From the NCBI GenBank assembly GCA_964426185.1, contig CAYRPF010000006.1, forward strand, positions 2,652 to 66,651: DNA of 64,000 bases, given 5' to 3'. Positions 9,062 through 16,941 of this stretch are shown here, one piece after another. The position numbers and the translations under genes were made by a program. Every line of letters starts with the position of its first letter. The stretch's first letter is position 1. This DNA comes from an uncultured archaeon. GTDB taxonomy: Archaea; Asgardarchaeota; Lokiarchaeia; Sigyniarchaeales; Promethearchaeaceae. The notes beneath the pieces are model-generated. The model searched no databases, was not told where the DNA came from, and saw only the letters and a program-made list of their open reading frames with translations.

Positions 9062-10201
9062 ATGAATACGAATTTATCTGGTGCATCTTCAAAAAAACGT
9101 GCGATGATCATTGGAATTGGGGGTCATGCCCATGTATGGCGCAAGGCTATTTCTTCACATCCTGGGTGGGAAATTGGTGCCATCGTTGACACTGATACGG
9201 ATAAATTAGAACATGCTCCCAAATTATGGGGAATTCCGAAAACCGAATGCTTTACCTCGATGGAAGAAGCAATTCAATACGGGCAAGGTCCCTATGATTT
9301 AGCAATTATTGTCACTCCCACTTATACTCATCATGTTCTATCCATGGAAGCATTAGATTTAGGTTTAAATGTTCTGTGTGAGAAAAATATGGCCAGCACC
9401 ATCTCCCAAGCTCGAGAAATGGTTAAGACTGCCTTAAAATATCCCAAACTTTGTACCGCGGTAGGAACTCAAACACGTTTCTTTCCTCACAACTGGTCAC
9501 TTAAAAAAGCCTATCTCGAACGAAAAGATGTTTTGAAAAAAATAACATCGCTAAATTTGACCTATTTGTATAATTGGGGGAAAACACGGCAAGGCTGGCG
9601 CCGATGGTTAAGAGATTTATTTTTGGAAGATATGGCGCCACACCATCTTGATTTACTACGTTATATTACCGAAATGGATGTTGTTCAAGTGCAAGGCGCG
9701 GTAAATTTCAAACCTAGTTTCTCTTATTTTAAAGGATCATCCACAACATTTGCCATTCTCGCTCTAGCTATCCCAGAAAATTATCATAATCCTGATGAAT
9801 GGATTTATGCTACTTATCGAGGTGATTGGCAGAAAAAAGGAGAACTTTATCATCGTTTAGATATGAACTGTGAAAATGGGGAAATTAATCTAATCGAACG
9901 GAATAAGGTAAAAAGTCTGACTATAACTGAATTTGAAGACCCAGAAGGATTTACTTTCCACACAAATCCGGTTCTTATTACATCTGATGTAGAATACAAT
10001 GTCTATAATTATGCATCAGAACTTTATTTGTTGGAAGAATTTTACCAATGTATCGAATCACGGGGTAAATTGCAGCCAAAAACTAATTTTATGGATGCAA
10101 TCAAATCTTTTGCTATCACCCGTGGTATTGTAGACAGTTTTGAGCAAAATCGGGCAATATTCCTACCAGAATATTGGAAAAATCTTCCAATAATTAGATA
10201 G
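9062..10201 (+). CDS. Gfo/Idh/MocA-family NAD(P)-dependent oxidoreductase
   Basis: N-terminal Rossmann MIIGIGGHAHVW and an EKNMA motif (EKPxA equivalent); the size fits. The true start may be the ATG at 9104. Confidence 0.7.
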   Translation: MNTNLSGASSKKRAMIIGIGGHAHVWRKAISSHPGWEIGAIVDTDTDKLEHAPKLWGIPKTECFTSMEEAIQYGQGPYDLAIIVTPTYTHHVLSMEALDLGLNVLCEKNMASTISQAREMVKTALKYPKLCTAVGTQTRFFPHNWSLKKAYLERKDVLKKITSLNLTYLYNWGKTRQGWRRWLRDLFLEDMAPHHLDLLRYITEMDVVQVQGAVNFKPSFSYFKGSSTTFAILALAIPENYHNPDEWIYATYRGDWQKKGELYHRLDMNCENGEINLIERNKVKSLTITEFEDPEGFTFHTNPVLITSDVEYNVYNYASELYLLEEFYQCIESRGKLQPKTNFMDAIKSFAITRGIVDSFEQNRAIFLPEYWKNLPIIR

Positions 10202-10263
10202 ATTCATCCAAAATGAACGAAATTGAAAAAATGGTGGAAATTTATTCCAAATTTAAATTCCCC

Positions 10264-11154
10264 TTAATTATCTTGCACGCCCAGTTGGGTAATTAACTGC
10301 TTTTTTTGCGTCTCGACATCCCGTGAAAGACCGAATGTGTCGGCAAACTGATCAGTTGTAAATAACTCAGAAGATCGACCCTTCTTTCGCGCCTCAACAT
10401 AACCCCGGTCAATTAAAAATTTAACATGCTCATATGCTGTGGAACCACGCAACTTAACCAAAGTCGATTTCATCAAAGGTTGTTTTAAGGCAATAATAGT
10501 TAAGGTTTTCAGAATTGCATCGGGAATTAATCCTCCACTAGCGAATTTTTTCACTTTGGGCGTATATTCTGGCTTAATTTGCAAGCTGTATTTATCTTGA
10601 ATATGGACAATTTCTAACGCAGTTGGGCGCATTAAATAATCCATAGCTAATTCATCTAGTAATTTTTCCAATTCCCTTTTTCGGATATCGGTTTTAGTGC
10701 TTAATTCTTCAACAGAAACAGGTCTACCTGCAACAAAGAGTGCTCCTTCAACCACATTTTTCAAATGGATATAGGCTTCTTCTTCATCGCTCATGGGTGC
10801 AATATCTGCATTTTTTTTTTCAAGAGAATCTTTTTCAGAGCTAATTTCTTTGGTTTCTTGGCCAGATCGTTCATTCAATATCTCACGAATCAAAGTTTCA
10901 CCCGTTTTTACATCCTTAACTGCTTCAGTGTCTTTATCCATGAATTCCGTGTTTTCATTCTCTGTTACAGATTTTGATTCCATCATTTCTGAATCTTTTT
11001 CGATTTCCAAATTATTTAATTCAGAAATTTCTTCATTCCCCACACTTTCTCCAAGTTCATCTTCCAATTCTTCCAAGTCGGAAAGAATTTCCTCGTCCAA
11101 ATCAGAATCATCTTGCTTTTCCAATAGCTCCTTCTGTTCGGGTTTTTTTTCCAT
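10264..11154 (-). CDS. scpB: Segregation and condensation protein B (ScpB) with an acidic N-terminal extension
   Basis: EGALFVAGRPVSVEELS plus tandem winged-helix-like regions; sits directly downstream of scpA and smc. The N-terminal roughly 125 aa are D/E/S-rich. Confidence 0.82.
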   Translation of the reverse strand: MEKKPEQKELLEKQDDSDLDEEILSDLEELEDELGESVGNEEISELNNLEIEKDSEMMESKSVTENENTEFMDKDTEAVKDVKTGETLIREILNERSGQETKEISSEKDSLEKKNADIAPMSDEEEAYIHLKNVVEGALFVAGRPVSVEELSTKTDIRKRELEKLLDELAMDYLMRPTALEIVHIQDKYSLQIKPEYTPKVKKFASGGLIPDAILKTLTIIALKQPLMKSTLVKLRGSTAYEHVKFLIDRGYVEARKKGRSSELFTTDQFADTFGLSRDVETQKKQLITQLGVQDN

Positions 11155-11187
11155 TTTTTTCCCTCGATTTTGATTTATTTGTGAATT

Positions 11188-12336
11188 CTAAAATTCTAAG
11201 CTTGTTTGATCAATGAGTTTAATCATTAAAGGCGCTTCAGTATCCTCTTGGTGCAAAATAATTTTACTTAATGAAGCCAAAAATAACATTTCTTCGAATG
11301 TTTGAATATATTTGACTTTCTTCTCTAATATTTTAAGCGAATTATCTTGATAAATCATATTTTTAAAATAATCCATTGAAACAGTGCGATTTGGTGGATT
11401 TTCCATTCGAATAATTTCAACTAATTGACGATGGCGGCGTTTTAAACGTTCCTCAATGGTTTCTTCACTTCCTGTAATATGCTTTAATATTTCTGCTGGT
11501 AATCGCCCCTTACCACGCTTTTTAACTTCTTTCTCGCGTTTTGCCATTTGCTGTTCTCGACGTATTCGAAGTTTTTCCCTTTTTTGCATTGTTTCAATAA
11601 TTGCGCGGCGCATTGCTCCGAAGAGTTCTTCTGAAGTAGCAATTTTCCGGGCTTCTCGTAGTGGTTGAGCGATAGGTTTTGGAATTTGCCTACGAATCCG
11701 TTCCCGCATTTCAGCTTTCTGGATTTCTTCTTCTTGTTTAATAACTCCAGTAATTTTAGAATGGTATAATTGGGCTGAAGAGTAAATTGCCAAGCCGGAG
11801 ATACGAAAATCGATTAATTCTTCTTCGACCATTTTCGAAACGAAATCTTCAATCAACGATGAAAGATCAAATTTAGTAAAATCCACTGTTTTCGCTAAGT
11901 CGGGGTCTAGGAGACTACGATAAGGTTCTTCCAGCCACCATTTCTTGATTTGAGAGATTTTTTCTAATTCTTCCTCCATTACATCTTTCTCTTCTAAATC
12001 CTCACCAACAGAGATCACTTCTTTTATTTTTGGTTCTGCAGGAGTCCTTTTTTCTTTAGGTTTTTTAGTGGTTTTTTGTGATTTTCTCGTTTGCGATGTT
12101 GTTGTCTTTGATGGTTTAGCGATTTTTGCATTTGTTACCTCTAATGGTTTTTGTTTTGAGATTGTTGAAACTTTTGATTTCGTCGATTTTTTAGATTTGG
12201 TTAATTTTTTTTTAGATTTTGACACACTACTCTTTTTTTTGCTCGACTTTTTACGTGAGGTTCCTTTTCGAGCTGAGGATTTCTTTGAACTAGTCTTTTT
12301 ATTTCTGGGTTTTTGAATTGTTTTTTCTGTTGTCAC
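11188..12336 (-). CDS. scpA: Segregation and condensation protein A (ScpA, kleisin) with a basic N-terminal extension
   Basis: ScpA-like core (FDLSSLIEDFVSKMVEEELIDFRISGLAIYSSAQL; C-terminal winged-helix region). The first roughly 105 aa are K/S/T-rich low complexity. Lies between smc and scpB. Confidence 0.8.
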   Translation of the reverse strand: MTTEKTIQKPRNKKTSSKKSSARKGTSRKKSSKKKSSVSKSKKKLTKSKKSTKSKVSTISKQKPLEVTNAKIAKPSKTTTSQTRKSQKTTKKPKEKRTPAEPKIKEVISVGEDLEEKDVMEEELEKISQIKKWWLEEPYRSLLDPDLAKTVDFTKFDLSSLIEDFVSKMVEEELIDFRISGLAIYSSAQLYHSKITGVIKQEEEIQKAEMRERIRRQIPKPIAQPLREARKIATSEELFGAMRRAIIETMQKREKLRIRREQQMAKREKEVKKRGKGRLPAEILKHITGSEETIEERLKRRHRQLVEIIRMENPPNRTVSMDYFKNMIYQDNSLKILEKKVKYIQTFEEMLFLASLSKIILHQEDTEAPLMIKLIDQTSLEF

Positions 12337-12362
12337 TCACGGTTCCTCCTATTCCTCTAATC

Positions 12363-15300
12363 TTAATTCTGATCGGGAGTATCTTTTACCAACTCCACAT
12401 TCGTATCAAAATCCTCTCTTTCCTTTTCTTCTTCAAGATTAACTGTAAAAATATCGGTAATTCCGTCATTCATTGCAACCCCATAAATCCGATCTGCATT
12501 AGTGATATTTTCTTCTCGATGACTAATGACTAAAAATTGAGATTGTCTGGCATATTCTTTGATTACCATCGAAGTTCGATAAACATTTGGACCATCGAGA
12601 GCTGCATCTATTTCATCCATAATGTAAAATGGAGCGGGATAAAAGTTTTGGATTGCAAAAATAAAAGAAAGGGCAACCAATGTCTTTTCTCCGCCTGATA
12701 AAATGTCCAGCGATGAAATTTTCTTTCCTCTTGGTCTGGCTTCAATGGTTATTCCACCTTCAAAAGGATGGGCTGGATTTTCGAGAATCATTTTAGCGGA
12801 ACCGCCTGGAGATAGTTTTTGAAACACCGAACTAAACACCCGATTAATTTCGTGATATGCCTTCATGAAATTCCGCGTTTTTTCCAACTCAATACGGTCA
12901 ATAGAATCCAAAATAGCTTTACGCTCTCGTTGGAGAGTTTGCCGACGCATATCAATTTCATCCCAGCGTTCTTTGACTTCATCGTATTCTTCAATGGATT
13001 TTAAGTTTACTGGCTCTAAGGCTTTCTTTTCAGTGTTAGCGGTTCCAATTTTCTGATTTAATGTTTCTTCATTTAAATCATCTGTCACTGGTGGTAAGGT
13101 GCCGTAATCTTTTGATTTTTCAAAAAGTTCATCAATTTTTTCTTCTACTACAATTTTACGAGTTTCTAATCCGTTGAATTTGGCATTATTTCGTGATAAA
13201 TCCGCATTCAATTCACCTAGTTCATCTCGGAGCGATTTCTGTTTTTCCCAAGAAGCATTTTTTTGACCTTGAAGATCTGTCAATATTTCAATTTGTTTTA
13301 ATCGCGATTCTTCAAGTTTTGTAATTTTATCGGTTATAGATTTAATTAATTCTTGAAAATCGGCAATTTTATCTCCTAATTCACCCTCTTCGTCCTTAAG
13401 TTGTTCAATTTCGCCTTCCCGGGCCTTCATTTGAACTTGCTTATCCAACTTCTTTTCCAAAGCCTTAATTTGATTGCTAATTTCTTTAGACTGTGCTCTT
13501 AATTCTTTTTCTTTTGATTCTAATGACTGTCGTGCAGTTTGATGTTCGGCAATGAGTTTATTTTTCTCTTCAATTTGACTTTCTAATTCATGAATTTGGT
13601 TCTCCAATTCTTCATTACTCTTAGTATTTTCAGCAATTTTCTCGGTAGATTCGGTAATTTCTATTTCTAATGCTTCAATATCGGAAATTATTTTTTGAAC
13701 ATTTTGCAAATCCTTTATTCGACCGTTGACCTCACCCAGTTTATCCGATTCTAAGTCAATTTGGGCTTGTAGATCGGTTCTCACATCATCAGCCTTAGCT
13801 CTTTTCTCCTTAACTTCGGAAATTTTGGCGAGAATTTCATCAATTTCTTTTTGTACTTTTTCACTTTGAGTAGATAGATCTTGAATATTTTGGTTTTTTG
13901 TCTCAATTTCTACTTGTAATTTCTGCTGTTCTTCAGTTGCATTATCAATATCGTCCAATAGTCGCTTAACATTACTTAAACTATTTAAATCGTCCACAAT
14001 TTGTGCCAATTCTTCTGATTTCTCGTCAATCAGGCTCTGTAAGTCTTTTGAATCTTTCCAAAAATTTTCTGAAGATTGCTTCAATTCAGTTAACTTTTTG
14101 CTAATAGATTCAATTTCCTCTTTAATTTGACTCGCTTTGGTTGATTTTTCCTCAAATTCTTTTCTATTTGTTGAGATTTTAGATTCCAAATCATTAATTT
14201 TCTTTGTTAAGGCAGAGATTTGAGAGTTTGTTTGATTCAATTCTTGTTGTTTTTGCTCTAAATGGGCAGTAATTTTTGTAAATTGAACTGAAGCCTTAGA
14301 ATATCCTTCTGCTTGAGCGGAGATAGCTGTATTGAGATCTTCCAAAGCACGATAATGCTCAGAAGTATCTGCAACAGCCACAGCTTGAAGTGCTACCCTT
14401 ATTGAATCGAATTTATCAGTAAAATCTTGAATAAAACCATCAAAATTCGCCGTGGATTCATTTAATGCTTCATCACTAGCTTCTTGAACCATTTCATTTA
14501 ACTGAATTAAAGGTTGTTCTGCATTTTCAATCAACAATTTTAAAGTATTAACCGCAAAAGAGAGTTGTTCTTGAATTTCTCGGGGTTGATCAGGTGTCAT
14601 TTCAGAAATTTCTTCAATCGACCGAAGCATATCGGTAACATCGAGCACAAATGCTTTAAAAACCTTGCTGGATTCATCAATGGCAACTTGGCTCACATTT
14701 TGAATGTCTGATTTAATATCGCCTGCAGATCGGTCAATATTCAGAATAAGATTAGTGAGATTATCCAGAACAGAGTTTAATTCTACCTGGGTTTCGTTAT
14801 GTTCTGCTTCCTTTTTATCAATGGTTTCCTGCAGTTTTTCCCTTTCCTCTTTCATATGCTCTATTTTTTCACTGAAATTATCAAGTTGAGCTTGTAATTT
14901 AGTTTGTTCAGCGGATAGAGCGGCAATTTCTTTTTGTAGATTATCGTGAATAATTTGAATATGTTGTTGCTGACGTTGGCTGGAATGAAGATCTGTTTCT
15001 GCTGTTTTAAGTTCTACCCCTATTCCAGTAAGTTTCTTTTCTAAGTCTCCTAATTCCCCTTCTAATGCACGCCTTTTTAATTCAAATGACTCTTGCTTGG
15101 TTTGACTGCGTTTTTGTTCCTCGTTGGCAGAGTTTAATTGAGATTTTAAATCTTTGACTTGGTCACCAATTTTTTTTTCTTTAGATCTTAGGATTTTGAT
15201 TTGATCTTCCACAGCTTGCCCTTTAGTTAATTTTTCGTATTCTTTTTGAAGAGTGTTCTTTTTTGATTCCAGATCTTCGATTCGTTTTTTGATTAAATTT

Positions 15301-16826
15301 ATTTCTGCACCAGTTGAAGAGACTGCTGCTTGAATATCTGATTGAGATTTGGCAACCGTGTCTCTTTGTTTTTCTAATTTTAGAATTTCTTCATCTAATT
15401 GTTTTTGGAGGTTTTTTTGTTCAATAATAGATTGCTTAAGTTTGGTAATTTGATCTTGAATAGCTTTTGCTTCGGTATTGGCTTGTTCCATGGCCTGTTC
15501 TATGCTTTCTGCATCTTTTTGTAGTTTTTGTAAATCTTTATCTAATTGAGATTTTCTTTTTTCGTTCTTTTTGATAGATTTCTCAAGAAGCTTAATTTCA
15601 GTAGTTAAAGCTTTACTGTCTTGTTTAATCTTAGAAATTTCTTTGTTTATTTGAGCCTTTTCGGCGTTAATATCAGTGATGATTTGTTCTTCTTCTTTTT
15701 GTTTTACTTTATTTTCTTCAATAAGTCCTGCATTTTCATCAAGTGCTTGTTGTACTCCATCAATTTCTGTCTTAGTGCGTGCTATCAAATCATCAAAAGT
15801 TTGACCTTCTTCTAATTTCTCTTGAAGTTCTTCAAGTTTGATTATATTTTGTTGAAGCCGTTTTAAATTTTCTTCCGTGGCCTTGAGAGTTGCTTCTTTG
15901 GCAGAAAGTTCTGCTTTTTGAGCGGTAATTTCTTCATCTAATTTTGTTTTTTCAGTTTCTTGAACTTCAATATCTTCTTCTAATCCCTTTAAAAATAACG
16001 CTTCTGCTTCAATTTTATCTTTCTGTCGTTGAATTCTGTTTTTTAAGTCTTCAATTACCAATTGGGTAGATTCGATTTCTGCATTAATATCATCCTCTTC
16101 CAAGCGCATTTTATGAATTTTTAGTGCGATTAACTGAGCGTTGAATAAATTTACTTTATTATCTAGTTCTTTCCAACGAAGAGCATCATTTTTTTCTTTT
16201 TCAACTTTTTTCAATTGAGTAGAGACTTCTTTAAATATCGCCTCAAATTGACCTAAATCTTTATCTGCTTTCTCTAGCTCTTTCAATGTCTTATCTTTCA
16301 TTTCGTCATATTTACTTAATCCAATCAACATTTCAATAAATTCACGTCTTGCATTGGAACTCATATGAGTTAATTCTACGATTTTTCCTTGAAGAACAAA
16401 TTGATTAGAGCCATCAGGATCAATATTTGCTTGAGCAAGAGCATTTAAAATGGCCGTTCGGGTACTTGCCTTGCCTTGGATACGGTAACCACTAGTTCCA
16501 CTGCGTTTTATCCATCGCGACACTTTGAATTCATCAGAATCGCTGGGAAAAACCCGATCTTTATTATCAAAAACAATTTCTACTTCTGCACGAGTTGCTG
16601 GTTTAACTTTTTTAGATCCTGCGAAGATTAAATCAGTTAATTTTGTGGCGCGCATGGTAGACTTTGCCAATCGACCGAGAGCAAAACATAAACCATCAAT
16701 TACATTAGATTTTCCATTTCCATTCGGTCCCACAATGCATGTAAACCCTTTAGCAAGATTGACTGATACAGTGCGATTTCCGAAAGATTTGAACCCAGTC
16801 ATCACGACACGTTTTATATAGGTCAT
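12363..16826 (-). CDS. smc: SMC-family chromosome segregation ATPase, unusually long, no recognisable hinge
   Basis: N-terminal Walker A head FTCIVGPNGNGKSNVIDGLCFALG. C-terminal head has signature LSGGEKTLVALSFIFA and Walker B FYIMDEIDAALD. Between them lie about 1200 aa of coiled coil. It forms an operon with scpA and scpB. Confidence 0.9.
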   Translation of the reverse strand: MTYIKRVVMTGFKSFGNRTVSVNLAKGFTCIVGPNGNGKSNVIDGLCFALGRLAKSTMRATKLTDLIFAGSKKVKPATRAEVEIVFDNKDRVFPSDSDEFKVSRWIKRSGTSGYRIQGKASTRTAILNALAQANIDPDGSNQFVLQGKIVELTHMSSNARREFIEMLIGLSKYDEMKDKTLKELEKADKDLGQFEAIFKEVSTQLKKVEKEKNDALRWKELDNKVNLFNAQLIALKIHKMRLEEDDINAEIESTQLVIEDLKNRIQRQKDKIEAEALFLKGLEEDIEVQETEKTKLDEEITAQKAELSAKEATLKATEENLKRLQQNIIKLEELQEKLEEGQTFDDLIARTKTEIDGVQQALDENAGLIEENKVKQKEEEQIITDINAEKAQINKEISKIKQDSKALTTEIKLLEKSIKKNEKRKSQLDKDLQKLQKDAESIEQAMEQANTEAKAIQDQITKLKQSIIEQKNLQKQLDEEILKLEKQRDTVAKSQSDIQAAVSSTGAEINLIKKRIEDLESKKNTLQKEYEKLTKGQAVEDQIKILRSKEKKIGDQVKDLKSQLNSANEEQKRSQTKQESFELKRRALEGELGDLEKKLTGIGVELKTAETDLHSSQRQQQHIQIIHDNLQKEIAALSAEQTKLQAQLDNFSEKIEHMKEEREKLQETIDKKEAEHNETQVELNSVLDNLTNLILNIDRSAGDIKSDIQNVSQVAIDESSKVFKAFVLDVTDMLRSIEEISEMTPDQPREIQEQLSFAVNTLKLLIENAEQPLIQLNEMVQEASDEALNESTANFDGFIQDFTDKFDSIRVALQAVAVADTSEHYRALEDLNTAISAQAEGYSKASVQFTKITAHLEQKQQELNQTNSQISALTKKINDLESKISTNRKEFEEKSTKASQIKEEIESISKKLTELKQSSENFWKDSKDLQSLIDEKSEELAQIVDDLNSLSNVKRLLDDIDNATEEQQKLQVEIETKNQNIQDLSTQSEKVQKEIDEILAKISEVKEKRAKADDVRTDLQAQIDLESDKLGEVNGRIKDLQNVQKIISDIEALEIEITESTEKIAENTKSNEELENQIHELESQIEEKNKLIAEHQTARQSLESKEKELRAQSKEISNQIKALEKKLDKQVQMKAREGEIEQLKDEEGELGDKIADFQELIKSITDKITKLEESRLKQIEILTDLQGQKNASWEKQKSLRDELGELNADLSRNNAKFNGLETRKIVVEEKIDELFEKSKDYGTLPPVTDDLNEETLNQKIGTANTEKKALEPVNLKSIEEYDEVKERWDEIDMRRQTLQRERKAILDSIDRIELEKTRNFMKAYHEINRVFSSVFQKLSPGGSAKMILENPAHPFEGGITIEARPRGKKISSLDILSGGEKTLVALSFIFAIQNFYPAPFYIMDEIDAALDGPNVYRTSMVIKEYARQSQFLVISHREENITNADRIYGVAMNDGITDIFTVNLEEEKEREDFDTNVELVKDTPDQN

Positions 16827-16838
16827 TTGAAATATTAG

Positions 16839-16917
16839 TCTCCTAAATACCTAACATATGAAATCCTTAAAGTATCAATCTCCTAAATACCTAACATATG
16901 AAATCCTTAAAGTATCA
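16839..16917. repeat. Perfect tandem duplication (2 x 39 nt, period 40) in the smc / gelsolin-like divergent intergenic region
   Basis: tctcctaaatacctaacatatgaaatccttaaagtatca occurs at 16839-16877 and again at 16879-16917, separated by 1 nt. Copy 1 ends 13 nt upstream of the smc ATG (16826, minus strand). Confidence 0.95.
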
Positions 16918-16941
16918 TTTACATTATTAACATGATAGATA

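Noticed and set aside
8959-9111. 51-codon N-terminal extension of the radical SAM ORF in the track
   Set aside because: It would overlap the divergent oxidoreductase gene start (9062) and leave no promoter. The conserved-looking domain begins at Met52 (MDLSLKILLIDGY).
10793-11173. 126-aa plus-strand ORF (and the 70/80-aa ORFs nearby) overlapping scpB
   Set aside because: It lies entirely antisense to a well-supported scpB. The Ser/Phe-rich low-complexity translation simply mirrors the acidic GAA/GAT-rich coding strand.
16839-16917. Possible CRISPR-like repeat
   Set aside because: There are only two copies, directly adjacent (1-nt spacer). No spacers, leader or cas genes are present. It is treated as a tandem duplication instead.
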